Positions 1-8,291 of a stretch of 64,000 nucleotides of DNA are shown here, piece after piece. The position numbers and the translations under genes are program-made. Source of the DNA: a virus; IMG/VR virus record IMGVR_UViG_3300034024_000020, positions 32,001-96,000 of that record, one strand, 5' to 3'. The notes under the pieces are model-generated. The model was not told the DNA's origin. It searched no databases and saw only the letters and a program-made list of their open reading frames with translations. The stretch's first letter is position 1. Every line of letters starts with the position of its first letter.

Positions 1-549
1 TTAATAGGATATGCACCAAGAAAGCTATCGGCAGAAGAACTCGCCGTAATAAAAGACTTTAAAGCAACTCAGCCCGCTATTGATGAGCGAACTTTTACAA
101 GATTTCTGCCAACACATCCCAACCATCCTTGTGCTATCTGGACCAGAACCTCTCTAGCCAATTACGAATGGGTATTTGGCTATTGTGACGCTCTTAATAG
201 TGAATGGCAATATAGGTACGACCACGATAATGATCACAAAGCATTTACCGCAGCACTTAGTCTTCCCGAACCGGCCCGTTTACCCAACAAGGGACTTACG
301 GAGCGGCCCTTGTGTATGCCCGCAGACTGCTTTGACGACGATCCGATACACGCTTATCGACTTTATTATATGGTCGATAAGGCTGATTTTGCGGTTTGGA
401 AGAAGAGACAATATCCGCCTTGGTGGGATCTAGATTTCGTAGAGTATTCCGGAAAAGATCCTCATCAATCTTACATAAATACAACAATGGCTCCTACCAA
501 CAGGGGCAAACCTCACGGACAGGAGAGACTTTATTATGTGCGCAGTTAG
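1..549 (+). CDS. Pyrimidine-dimer DNA glycosylase/endonuclease V-like protein, 5'-truncated by the window
   Basis: Frame 1 is open from base 1 into track ORF 310..549; contains HPNHPCAIWTRTSLANYEW and AYRLYY..K...W..R..P.W motifs. Confidence 0.65.
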   Translation, partial: LIGYAPRKLSAEELAVIKDFKATQPAIDERTFTRFLPTHPNHPCAIWTRTSLANYEWVFGYCDALNSEWQYRYDHDNDHKAFTAALSLPEPARLPNKGLTERPLCMPADCFDDDPIHAYRLYYMVDKADFAVWKKRQYPPWWDLDFVEYSGKDPHQSYINTTMAPTNRGKPHGQERLYYVRS

Positions 550-856
550 TATGATTGCAGACGACTGGACAAAGAGAAATAGACCAAGAATTGATCCCTT
601 CATAGTTCCTTATCCTGCGCCGAGCCCGCCTAATTGGGATAATATTTTACCCATGCTACCTCAAGTGTCTAGGCAGGAATTTGATGATCTAAAGAAAGAA
701 GTAGAAAAACTACGAGAAGACCTTATCAAAGCCAAGAAGCAGGACGAAGAGGACGGAAATCCGGATTGCGAGATGGAAGAGAAGATAGAGTTTCTCAGAA
801 AGGTAGCCGACTTCGTCGGCGTGCCTTTGGAGGACATACTTCGTGCACAAAGCTAA
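536..856 (+). CDS. hypothetical protein
   Basis: ORF with SD, overlaps neighbouring ORFs. Confidence 0.7.
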   Translation: MCAVSMIADDWTKRNRPRIDPFIVPYPAPSPPNWDNILPMLPQVSRQEFDDLKKEVEKLREDLIKAKKQDEEDGNPDCEMEEKIEFLRKVADFVGVPLEDILRAQS

Positions 857-1028
857 AGCCATAGAATATCTGGACGAACGTATAAAACGCCTAGGTCGAG
901 GTCTGAATTCAATTCGTCAGTTACAGGATCAAATTCTACCAGATGAACTTGAGAGCAAGCTCGATGAAGTAGAGCTACTTCTAAGAGGCTACATACATAA
1001 ATTAGAGGAAGACCTTAATGCGTCTTGA
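843..1028 (+). CDS. hypothetical coiled-coil protein
   Basis: GGAGG SD upstream of GTG; coupled to neighbours. Confidence 0.6.
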   Translation: MHKAKAIEYLDERIKRLGRGLNSIRQLQDQILPDELESKLDEVELLLRGYIHKLEEDLNAS

Positions 1029-1227
1029 TTGTCCTAGGGAAGATTGTCGTATTCAGAATAGGGGTACATCTTCTACTCTTATGGGATGGACTCCTACCTA
1101 TGATAAATATGGTAGGCAGCTAAATTCTAATCCAAATACAGTTAAAACTCACTTTCACTGCCTAACGTGCGGAGAAGCGTGGATTCGTAAAACTAAATCA
1201 GGAGTTACCACCATTGAACGAATGTAA
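1018..1227 (+). CDS. small zinc-ribbon protein
   Basis: CxxxxC...CxxC. Confidence 0.6.
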   Translation: MRLDCPREDCRIQNRGTSSTLMGWTPTYDKYGRQLNSNPNTVKTHFHCLTCGEAWIRKTKSGVTTIERM

Positions 1228-1879
1228 ATTAGTAGCCTTAACTACTCCAAGAGTAGAAGGTGTAAATTCCGCAGAAGAGTTTATTGCTTATGCAGCTCGT
1301 GTAAGCAACCCTGCAAATCAGAACAATAGTGAAACAGCAGCAAAACTTGTTCGCTACCTTATGAAGAATAATCATTGGTCGCCGTTTGAAATGGTGTCAA
1401 TGACTCTTGAAATTCGTACCACTCGTGACATTGCCCGTCAGATTCTTCGCCATCGCTCTTTCTCCTTTCAGGAGTTTAGTCAGCGATATGCTGAAGCAAC
1501 GGAATTCGTCACTAGAGAGGCCAGACTTCAAGATACGAAGAATCGTCAGAATAGCATTGAAATTCGTGATGATAGTAGAGATATTGCGATCGTTCAAGAA
1601 TGGGAACAGAATCAGAAGAACATTCTAGAACTGGTCCAGCTTATTTACACCAATGCCCTCAAGAAGGGCGTTGCTAAAGAGCAAGCGCGCTCCATCCTCC
1701 CAGAAGGATGTACTGTTTCAACATTGTACATGGCTGGAACATTGCGTTCATGGATTCACTATTGTGGACTTCGTATGGCTAATGGGACTCAAAAAGAACA
1801 TATGGAAGTAGCAAAAAGTGCTTGGCAGATCATTGAAGCCGAATTTCCAAGCATAGCGGAGGCAGTACATGGACTCTAG
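1214..1879 (+). CDS. thyX: FAD-dependent thymidylate synthase
   Basis: HWSPFE, RQILRHRSFSFQEFSQRY, AKEQARSILP signatures. Confidence 0.95.
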   Translation: MNECKLVALTTPRVEGVNSAEEFIAYAARVSNPANQNNSETAAKLVRYLMKNNHWSPFEMVSMTLEIRTTRDIARQILRHRSFSFQEFSQRYAEATEFVTREARLQDTKNRQNSIEIRDDSRDIAIVQEWEQNQKNILELVQLIYTNALKKGVAKEQARSILPEGCTVSTLYMAGTLRSWIHYCGLRMANGTQKEHMEVAKSAWQIIEAEFPSIAEAVHGL

Positions 1880-2081
1880 AATTGATTATGTAGTAGAAGA
1901 CTTAGCTTATGAAATGATGGCTAAGCTAGAAGCTGTGAACGATTATAAAGGAGACTCTTGGAAGTCGAAAGATTGGGAACAGACTTGGCGTCGAAAGATG
2001 CATTATCATTTCAAAAGCGGAAATTTGATCGACTTGGCTAACTATATAGCTTTCGGTCTGTATCATGGATGGGAATTATGA
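1869..2081 (+). CDS. hypothetical protein
   Basis: ORF coupled to thyX. Confidence 0.6.
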   Translation: MDSRIDYVVEDLAYEMMAKLEAVNDYKGDSWKSKDWEQTWRRKMHYHFKSGNLIDLANYIAFGLYHGWEL

Positions 2082-2232
2082 GAGCATCATTAAACATTAA
2101 CTTTCCTTTAAGAGGAGAGCAGAGTTATGGGGGTCAATACGTTTGGCCTGAAGTAACTCCACAAAAGTGGGAGGAGATCGTAGATCAACTCTCTAGAATA
2201 CGTTATTTGGACGGGATGAAGGTAGAATTTAA

Positions 2233-2439
2233 ATGCAAGTAAGTTATAGAACAAGTGACGGAACCTACGGAAGAGGCACTGCAGGATTCATTGACCACGC
2301 CTTAATCTTTACAGAAGATAAGAGGCTAGATGAAATTGTACTTATCGGCGGTCAATCAGAAAAGGCGGTGAGTGCTAGCATATTGACATTCGTCGTGAGA
2401 AATGTAGAAGACTTCACCTATACAGAAAATAGTTCTTGA
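2233..2439 (+). CDS. hypothetical protein
   Basis: ORF track. Confidence 0.55.
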   Translation: MQVSYRTSDGTYGRGTAGFIDHALIFTEDKRLDEIVLIGGQSEKAVSASILTFVVRNVEDFTYTENSS

Positions 2440-2464
2440 CATTGAGCTCAATTTTGTGTAATAT
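2431..2464 (+). promoter_or_regulatory. phage sigma70-type promoter
   Basis: AGTTC-TTGACA-N17-TAATAT. Confidence 0.75.
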
Positions 2465-2492
2465 GGGTCTTCATTCGACAATGGAGGGCTAA

Positions 2493-3182
2493 GTGGCTCG
2501 AATTAAGAAGAAAGAACATGAAAAGCTTGACGATGAGAACATCGCTCAAGTTATTGCTCTTCTCGAAGCAACTAAACCCATAACGAAGAAGCAAGCTTAT
2601 GAGCGGCTAAATATTGCTGCTAATCCTAGCAGGCTTCAGAAAATTATTGATGATTACAAAGAACGTAAGGAACGTACAGAGAGGTTTCGCGCTGAGAAGC
2701 GAGGAACTCCTGCTACAGAACAAGAAATCCAAGAAGTAATTCGGGGTTATCTTGATGGAAGTCCTTTCAGTGAAATAGCTGATGGTCTGTATCGTCCTTC
2801 TTCTTTCGTAAAGAATATCATTGAAAAAGTAGGCGTACCGGCAAGAAACTCAGGTGATTATTTTCACCCTGATCTATTGCCAGAACAATGTGTTAGGGAA
2901 ACCTTTGAAGAAGGCCAAATTGTTTGGAGCTGTCGCTACCAAGCACTAGCGATCATCATCAAAGAAGTTCCTAGCAACTCGGAGTATAAAGTCTATCAGG
3001 TTTATATTATTGAACCAATAGAGGAGGTATCTCCTTACTTCCCACACCTTGACGGGTATGGGGGCCGCTACGCTGCACAGGCAGCGTTCGACTTGGGTAG
3101 CTTGGAACATCTTAAAGAACATGGAGTAGATGTTTACAAGCCTTTTAGAGCATATTTCCAGAATATGCTTAAAGGGAGGTAA
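2493..3182 (+). CDS. phage protein, putative DNA-binding (HTH-like N-terminus)
   Basis: 229 aa, GGAGG SD, directly after promoter. Confidence 0.7.
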   Translation: MARIKKKEHEKLDDENIAQVIALLEATKPITKKQAYERLNIAANPSRLQKIIDDYKERKERTERFRAEKRGTPATEQEIQEVIRGYLDGSPFSEIADGLYRPSSFVKNIIEKVGVPARNSGDYFHPDLLPEQCVRETFEEGQIVWSCRYQALAIIIKEVPSNSEYKVYQVYIIEPIEEVSPYFPHLDGYGGRYAAQAAFDLGSLEHLKEHGVDVYKPFRAYFQNMLKGR

Positions 3183-3188
3183 CATGAA

Positions 3189-3554
3189 TTGCTGGTACAT
3201 GAGCACCTAATTATTCGCGCAGACGTGAACAACGGACCTCGGGATATAACTGAAATAAATCACTGGATGAAAAAGCTTATAGCTGATCTAGGTATGAAAG
3301 TGATGATGGGTCCGTACGCAGCTTACGCTGATATGGGAGGTAATCGTGGACTGACTGCTGCTGCAATTATTGAGACTAGTCATATAGTTTTACATTGCTG
3401 GGATGAATGTCAGCCTAACATGCTTCAGCTAGATGTATATTCATGCGCTCCTGTAGATAAAGATGTTGTACTAGAAGCCATTAGACAATTTGATCCTGTC
3501 AGCGTTGATTATAAGTTTCTCGATAGAGAGCATAAATTCATAGCATTGGTTTAA
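3189..3554 (+). CDS. speD: S-adenosylmethionine decarboxylase proenzyme
   Basis: GLTAAAIIETSHIVLHCW and LDVYSC motifs. Confidence 0.85.
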   Translation: MLVHEHLIIRADVNNGPRDITEINHWMKKLIADLGMKVMMGPYAAYADMGGNRGLTAAAIIETSHIVLHCWDECQPNMLQLDVYSCAPVDKDVVLEAIRQFDPVSVDYKFLDREHKFIALV

Positions 3555-3556
3555 AA

Positions 3557-3590
3557 AGTTCTTGACTTCGAGCCCAAAATTTCATATAAT
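3557..3590 (+). promoter_or_regulatory. phage sigma70-type promoter
   Basis: TTGACT(3562)-N17-TATAAT(3585). Confidence 0.85.
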
Positions 3591-3613
3591 GGATCATAAG
3601 AAACGGAGATAAA

Positions 3614-3778
3614 ATGAAGAATAAATTTGCACTTCTAGCGGCTGTATCACTTCTTGCTCTTTCTGCTTGCGATAGCGGAAAGCCAGAAGATTCGGCCACT
3701 AACTCAACTCAGACAGAATATTCCGATAACGGAACTACCACTGTCGAAACAAATACTGTTACTGAGAACACTCAGTAA
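3614..3778 (+). CDS. small lipoprotein (54 aa)
   Basis: MKNKFALLAAVSLLALSAC lipobox, Thr/Asn-rich tail, GGAG SD. Confidence 0.75.
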   Translation: MKNKFALLAAVSLLALSACDSGKPEDSATNSTQTEYSDNGTTTVETNTVTENTQ

Positions 3779-3868
3779 CGTATTGGTGGAGCCCGATCTT
3801 ATGATCGGTCCTTGATCGTTTCCGGTCACCGTTAAACCGGGTTTTACTCAACGGAAGGAATTTTTATA

Positions 3869-3952
3869 ATGGATCGTGTTAACGCTTTTGTAATCTCGAA
3901 CCCTTACCTCTCACTCGCCGTCACCTTCGTGCTCGGCGCTCTAATTTTCTAG
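3869..3952 (+). CDS. 27-aa single-TM peptide
   Basis: MDRVNAFVISNPYLSLAVTFVLGALIF, AGGA SD. Confidence 0.55.
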   Translation: MDRVNAFVISNPYLSLAVTFVLGALIF

Positions 3953-3960
3953 GAGACACC

Positions 3961-4038
3961 ATGAATAACCGAAACGTCTGGACTTTTTCGACATTTGGAC
4001 TAGTAGCCCTAATCGTAGTTGTCGCGCTCGTCTTCTAA
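3961..4038 (+). CDS. 25-aa single-TM peptide
   Basis: MNNRNVWTFSTFGLVALIVVVALVF, GGAG SD. Confidence 0.55.
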   Translation: MNNRNVWTFSTFGLVALIVVVALVF

Positions 4039-4043
4039 TTTAA

Positions 4044-4120
4044 TCCCCGTTGTGCTACCAGGTAAGGCAGCTAGGCTTTGACCCTAGTGTGTGTCAGTTC
4101 GAGTCTGACGCGGGGATCCA
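4044..4120 (+). tRNA. tRNA-Gln(UUG)
   Basis: cloverleaf, CTAGG-CT TTG AC-CCTAG, CCA. Confidence 0.9.
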
Positions 4121-4141
4121 TTTTTACAGAAAGAAATTTAC

Positions 4142-4372
4142 ATGGCAATGAACTTTTTCGGAACCCCTCCTAAACAGGAGAATCTAGCCGATATTTTGAG
4201 CGTTTTTGATACGGTCACTGCACGACTAGATACGTTCCAAGCTGAACAAGAGGGTGCAGCTGTTAGTGAGCGTGCTGAGATTGAGGCCCTTCAAGCTTCT
4301 CTTGCTGCTCGTACCGCTGAGATTGAGCGTGCTGCACGCGTCAGGGATAAGGTCACTGCCATTACGACCTAA
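4142..4372 (+). CDS. hypothetical coiled-coil protein
   Basis: ORF between tRNAs. Confidence 0.65.
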   Translation: MAMNFFGTPPKQENLADILSVFDTVTARLDTFQAEQEGAAVSERAEIEALQASLAARTAEIERAARVRDKVTAITT

Positions 4373-4381
4373 ACAATATAT

Positions 4382-4472
4382 GGAGCAGAGAAGCGGGGCG
4401 GCCCCCGTCTCCGTCTTGAAAACGGAAGGTACCAGGGATGGTATGGAGATCGACACTACCCCTGCTCCGCCA
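4382..4472 (+). tRNA. tRNA-Ser(UGA), 6-bp D stem
   Basis: TCCGT-CT TGA AA-ACGGA, long variable arm, G73, CCA. Confidence 0.85.
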
Positions 4473-4486
4473 TATAAGGAGATAAC

Positions 4487-4756
4487 ATGAGAAATTCAAT
4501 TCTAGCAGCAGTAGCTGCGGCTGTACTTGCAACTGGAGCAGCCGCTCCCGCTGAGGCACAGCGTGTAAGCGGAGAAGTCAGTATTCGTATTGGTGATCGA
4601 AACGATTATCAGTATAGAGATTATAGACGTTATCGTCGTTGTTACGCAAATGAAGTTCTTGTACGTGACGTCTATAGCGGACGACGTTATTGTATGAGCC
4701 AGCGCGAATATCATCGTTACCTTCGTAATCAGCGTCGCGATTACTACCGCTACTAA
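4487..4756 (+). CDS. secreted Arg/Tyr-rich small protein
   Basis: Signal peptide ending APAEA-Q; R/Y-rich mature part. Confidence 0.7.
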   Translation: MRNSILAAVAAAVLATGAAAPAEAQRVSGEVSIRIGDRNDYQYRDYRRYRRCYANEVLVRDVYSGRRYCMSQREYHRYLRNQRRDYYRY

Positions 4757-4762
4757 TTATAT

Positions 4763-4833
4763 GCCGGTCCTATGGTAGGCCTGCGGCTCTCATAAGGCTG
4801 CGTGGGGGAGATCGTTACTCCTGACCGGTACCA
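4763..4833 (+). tRNA. atypical tRNA with CAU anticodon (Met or Ile2)
   Basis: GCCGGTC/GACCGGT-A-CCA, GCGGCT-CT CAT AA-GGCTGC, short D arm, T loop ATCGTTA. Confidence 0.7.
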
Positions 4834-4991
4834 AAATTTGGAGTTCCTATGGCTGAATTTTATTATGTGCAGTGGGGCGATCTTGCCGCACTTAAATCTG
4901 AAATAACAAGGCTCAAAGAAAGAGTGCAAAAGCTGGAATCCAGTGAATATGGCACCACTATGGAACTTGAAAGACTAAAATCAAAGCTTGT

Positions 4992-5067
4992 GGACGTGTA
5001 GCTCAGTTGGCAGAGCGCGGGACTCTTAATCCTTAGGTCGTGGGTTCGAACCCCACCTCGTCTACCA
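4992..5067 (+). tRNA. tRNA-Lys(CUU)
   Basis: canonical cloverleaf, CT CTT AA loop, CCA. Confidence 0.92.
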
Positions 5068-5073
5068 TTTTAT

Positions 5074-5140
5074 GGCAGGTCTCTTAGTAAGAGTCGCGAT
5101 GTATACTAGCAAATAGGTGAAAGTCCTATACCTAGCCCCA
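5074..5140 (+). ncRNA. tRNA-like small RNA without a clear anticodon arm
   Basis: GGCAGGT/ACCT-A-GCC closing stem, CTCTT/AAGAG hairpin, ATAGG-TGAAAGT-CCTAT T-like arm, ends CCA. Confidence 0.5.
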
Positions 5141-5141
5141 A

Positions 5142-5217
5142 GGACCGTTCGTATAATAGGCTAATAGCGGGATTCTTACTCCTTGCGATCCGGGTTCAAA
5201 TCCCGGGCGGTCCTCCA
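5142..5217 (+). tRNA. atypical tRNA, loop TT CTT AC (Lys CUU anticodon), U73
   Basis: GGACCGT/GCGGTCC acceptor, perfect T arm, imperfect D and anticodon stems, CCA. Confidence 0.65.
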
Positions 5218-5236
5218 TTTTAGAATTCCCGAATTT

Positions 5237-5270
5237 AGTTCTTGACACGGAGCCCAAATCTTGATATAAT
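5237..5270 (+). promoter_or_regulatory. phage sigma70-type promoter
   Basis: TTGACA(5242)-N17-TATAAT(5265). Confidence 0.88.
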
Positions 5271-5290
5271 GGGCATTCAAGACGCGGGGA

Positions 5291-5506
5291 ATGACAATGT
5301 ATCCGATGACGCAAGACTACAACGGAGAGCGTTGGAGGTACAGCGGAGTTTTGAAGCAAGTAACTGGTAACAGACTAGTCACGTACCGTGACATGAAAAC
5401 GGATACAAAGTTCATCTGTTATCTAGAAGTTGACGGAAATCTCGTTGAATGGAGTCTAGCTGACGAAATTCTAAGACGTTTCGAAGAGGGAGAAATCAAC
5501 AAATGA
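5291..5506 (+). CDS. hypothetical protein
   Basis: first ORF after promoter. Confidence 0.6.
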   Translation: MTMYPMTQDYNGERWRYSGVLKQVTGNRLVTYRDMKTDTKFICYLEVDGNLVEWSLADEILRRFEEGEINK

Positions 5507-5611
5507 GTAGTTGTAGAACAAGAGATATTCCTAGTGGTACTCAGACTGTAATCAGACCTATTCTTAGAGAAGATATTCCAGGTGGCTGAAGGAACACGAG
5601 ACTAAAATAAT

Positions 5612-5695
5612 GGACCGGGAACCTAATCCTGATTGGCTGAAAGGGCTGGGCTTTTAATCCAGTGGTTGGGGGTTCGAATCCTCCCCGGTTCTCCA
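5612..5695 (+). tRNA. tRNA-Lys(UUU) with enlarged D loop
   Basis: GGACCGG/CCGGTTC-T-CCA; CTGGG-CT TTT AA-TCCAG. Confidence 0.8.
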
Positions 5696-5696
5696 T

Positions 5697-5958
5697 AATC
5701 CCGAAAGGGATGGTATGCTCCTGCCTAAGCGGAGTCGCATTACGGTCTTTCTGCGTTATGAAAGTATCGGGCCCTGACACCCGTTGGATGAAAGTCGGGG
5801 GCGCTAGAAGTGGACGGCATCTAGCGCACTATAGAGTTTTTATTGCCGTGTGGCCGAGAGCTAACCTACAAGGGACCCCTTATCCACCTAGTGATTGTTC
5901 AGATGATACGGAAAGATCGGCTTAAGCCGTGCTCTGTTGACTTCTCCTTCAGCGGCAT
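5697..5958 (+). ncRNA. one or two structured ncRNAs
   Basis: GAAA hairpin, possible H-type pseudoknot, further stems; lies between tRNAs. Confidence 0.45.
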
Positions 5959-5960
5959 AT

Positions 5961-6035
5961 CAGGGTGAGCGAAAATGGTAATCTGTCGAGGCTTGGACCC
6001 CGACGAACTCGGTTCGATTCCGAGCACCCTGACCA
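5961..6035 (+). tRNA. tRNA-Pro(UGG), bulged anticodon stem
   Basis: C1:G72, A73, CT TGG AC loop, CCA. Confidence 0.8.
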
Positions 6036-6040
6036 TTTAC

Positions 6041-6090
6041 GGAACGCTGAAGGTTAGAATGTCGAGCTCTAGCAGGTGAAAACCTTTCCA
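6041..6090 (+). ncRNA. small CCA-ended structured RNA
   Basis: GGAA/TTCC closing stem, AGG-TGAAAA-CCT arm. Confidence 0.4.
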
Positions 6091-6093
6091 TTT

Positions 6094-6171
6094 CCGGGTG
6101 TAGCTCAGTCAGGTCAGAGCACTCGCTTTGGGAGCGAGGGGCCGCAGGTTCGAATCCTGCTACCCGGACCA
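6094..6171 (+). tRNA. tRNA-Pro(UGG)
   Basis: canonical, CTCGC-TT TGG GA-GCGAG. Confidence 0.95.
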
Positions 6172-6176
6172 TTTAT

Positions 6177-6238
6177 GTCGGTAGTTCCTCACAGGGGGAA
6201 CGTGTTCTAATGCTTGCTCAGCTTAGGAGCCGACGCCA
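6177..6238 (+). ncRNA. CCA-ended two-hairpin RNA
   Basis: GTCGGT/GCCGAC-G-CCA closing two hairpins. Confidence 0.55.
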
Positions 6239-6244
6239 CTTTAT

Positions 6245-6276
6245 CGGGCGGGTAGCGAAAGCGAGCCGTCCGACCA
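6245..6276 (+). ncRNA. 32-nt acceptor microhelix with Pro-like C1:G72/A73
   Basis: CGGGCGG-GTAGCGAAAGCGAG-CCGTCCG-A-CCA. Confidence 0.6.
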
Positions 6277-6282
6277 ATTTAT

Positions 6283-6342
6283 CGCAGTCGGGCACAGACC
6301 CCTATAGATCGCCGGTGAGGATACACTGCGTGACTGCGGCCA
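6283..6342 (+). ncRNA. CCA-ended two-hairpin RNA
   Basis: CGCAGTC/GACTGCG-G-CCA with GGG/CCC and CGGTG/CACTG hairpins. Confidence 0.55.
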
Positions 6343-6365
6343 AGTTCACACAACAAGGAGAATAT

Positions 6366-6845
6366 ATGTTTAAGACACTATTTGCAGCTACTGCTGCCCT
6401 AGCATTAACTGCAACGCCAGCTCTGGCTCGTACCAACGACGCCTTTGTTGGACCACGCGTAGAAGCTAATGTCGGCTTTGCTGACGTTGGTAACGATGAT
6501 GTCAATTATGGTATCAGCGCAGGATTCGATGCGCCAGTCGCTGATCGAATTACTTTAGGTGTGGATGTGGATGGACAGAATATATTCGAGGGACATAGAA
6601 CCCTCGGTGTAGGAGCTCGTCTAGGTGCTGCTGTGAGTCCAAAGACTCTAGTTTTCGGCCGCGTCGGATATAGCCGAAGCGACCTTAACGATAATAGCTT
6701 AGACCTAGAGGGTCTGGCTGCTGGCGGTGGAGCACAGTTTGCTCTGACAAACAACGCTTACGTATCAACAGAATACCGTTACACTGATTTCAATCAGGGA
6801 CGTGGAGATCATGGGGTCCGAGTAGGACTTGGTTTGCGCTTCTAA
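6366..6845 (+). CDS. small outer-membrane beta-barrel protein (OmpA/porin-like)
   Basis: AAGGAG SD then ATG 6366, signal peptide, amphipathic strands, EYRYTDF, terminal Phe. Confidence 0.88.
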   Translation: MFKTLFAATAALALTATPALARTNDAFVGPRVEANVGFADVGNDDVNYGISAGFDAPVADRITLGVDVDGQNIFEGHRTLGVGARLGAAVSPKTLVFGRVGYSRSDLNDNSLDLEGLAAGGGAQFALTNNAYVSTEYRYTDFNQGRGDHGVRVGLGLRF

Positions 6846-6870
6846 GGCGTAATCCTTGGCACCATGATGC

Positions 6871-6904
6871 AGCCCGGCCTGATTAAGTTCAGGCCGGGTT
6901 TTTT
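6871..6904 (+). terminator. intrinsic terminator
   Basis: GCCCGGCCTGA/TCAGGCCGGGT + T run. Confidence 0.85.
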
Positions 6905-6960
6905 ATTGGCTTTTGCCAAGGGAACTCTGCGTTCAAATTGCCTGATAGGTCTCAGAATTT

Positions 6961-6994
6961 AGTTCTTGACATGGAGGCCAAAAGTTGTTATAAT
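6961..6994 (+). promoter_or_regulatory. phage sigma70-type promoter
   Basis: TTGACA(6966)-N17-TATAAT(6989). Confidence 0.88.
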
Positions 6995-7203
6995 GGGTCT
7001 CAATAAGCGGGAAGGCTCATAAAATGTTAGATCAAGTAGTCGAAGGTCTTAAGTCTTACCTCAAAGACCCTGCTAGTACTGACTATCAAAAGGGTTATCT
7101 GGCTGCTCTTATTGATCTTTATGCTCATCCTGGTAGGGTTGGAGCTTTATCTCCAGGTGAGTTTGTAGCTCTTCAACATCAGATACATTGATTATTTTCT
7201 TGT

Positions 7204-7290
7204 GCCTCCGTGGCGAAGTTGGTAGACGCGCTAGGTTTAGGTCCTAGTGGAAGAGATTCCGGGCAGGTTCGACCCCTGTCGGAGGTACCA
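7204..7290 (+). tRNA. tRNA-Leu(UAG)
   Basis: type II cloverleaf, CCA. Confidence 0.95.
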
Positions 7291-7312
7291 GAAAGTAATC
7301 AGAAAGGCTAAA

Positions 7313-7474
7313 ATGTATTACATTATGCGTGTTAATACTGATCCTCAAGGTGGCGGTGCTCATTTTGTTGGAGTAGCTGAAGTTAAGCACAATCTCAACG
7401 ATGCACGTGAATGGATAGAAGACAACACGAAAAGTTCGTGGGATGCTTTTGAGATTATGCAAAAGGTAGATTAA
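7313..7474 (+). CDS. hypothetical protein
   Basis: ATG 7313 after the tRNA; the track start lies inside the tRNA. Confidence 0.5.
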   Translation: MYYIMRVNTDPQGGGAHFVGVAEVKHNLNDAREWIEDNTKSSWDAFEIMQKVD

Positions 7475-7475
7475 T

Positions 7476-7562
7476 GCCCCCTTGGTGAAGTTGGTAGACG
7501 CGACAGACTTAAAATCTGTTGGCCTTCGGGTCGGGCCGGTTCGATTCCGGCAGGGGGTACCA
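7476..7562 (+). tRNA. tRNA-Leu(UAA)
   Basis: type II cloverleaf, CCA. Confidence 0.95.
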
Positions 7563-7568
7563 TTTAAT

Positions 7569-7653
7569 GGGTAGTTAAAGTCGTTTGGATACGGCAGCCT
7601 GACTGTAAATCAGGTCTGTAATGGGAGAGGTTCGAGTCCTCAACTACCCACCA
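7569..7653 (+). tRNA. tRNA-Tyr(GUA), 8/4 fold possible
   Basis: CCTGA-CT GTA AA-TCAGG; GGGTAGTT/AACTACCC. Confidence 0.9.
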
Positions 7654-7662
7654 TTTTAGGTA

Positions 7663-7887
7663 TTGACCATGTCAGTAGTTCAGTTTTTCTTTGATCGCTT
7701 TCACAGAGCGATCCAGATGGATGGAGTTCACAGTTCTAGTCTAAGAAATCAGCTAGACGCTGATGAATGGATACAGGCATATAAGAATACCCTGAGTAAG
7801 AATCAGCTGGACAAATTCGACAAAGAATGGGCTAAGTGCGAAGAAGCGCTTAGACTAGCTCGAAGAAAGGCTGATTTTGGCAAGTAA
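7663..7887 (+). CDS. hypothetical protein
   Basis: ORF track. Confidence 0.55.
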   Translation: MTMSVVQFFFDRFHRAIQMDGVHSSSLRNQLDADEWIQAYKNTLSKNQLDKFDKEWAKCEEALRLARRKADFGK

Positions 7888-8009
7888 TGGCAGCGTGGAG
7901 TCGATAGGGACACGCGTGCGACCTCGTCAAGCACAAAGGGCTAGCGTTTGAGCCTTCACCCTGGACAAGTGAAGGGTAAGTTAGCGACGAGACGTTCCTC
8001 TCTTTAGGT

Positions 8010-8083
8010 GTGGCCGAGGCTGACTTGGTTGAGGCGCTGGTTTGTGGTACCAGAGATAGCGGGTTCGACCCCCGCCGGTCACC
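8010..8083 (+). tRNA. tRNA-His(GUG), U at -1, CCA not encoded
   Basis: CTGGT-TT GTG GT-ACCAG, C73 followed by CCT. Confidence 0.88.
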
Positions 8084-8291
8084 CCTAAGGAGAGCGCTAT
8101 GAGTTACTATGATTTCCCTCAAGGCCCTTCTTTAGAAGACCTTGAAAAGGCAGCTAACGCTATTAAAACGGCACGCTTAGAACAGAACTACGGCTGGGGC
8201 TTTTATGATTATATTCCAGAGCCAACCATTAGAGAGGCTTGGGATTACGTACAAAATCAGAAGTGGCCTGACAGGTAGGTTAGCTGAAAAA

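Noticed and set aside
4382-4472. tRNA-Sec, suppressor tRNA or recoded genetic code
   Set aside because: Anticodon is UGA (Ser), not UCA; no CUA/UUA/UCA anticodon found; long genes read intact under the standard code
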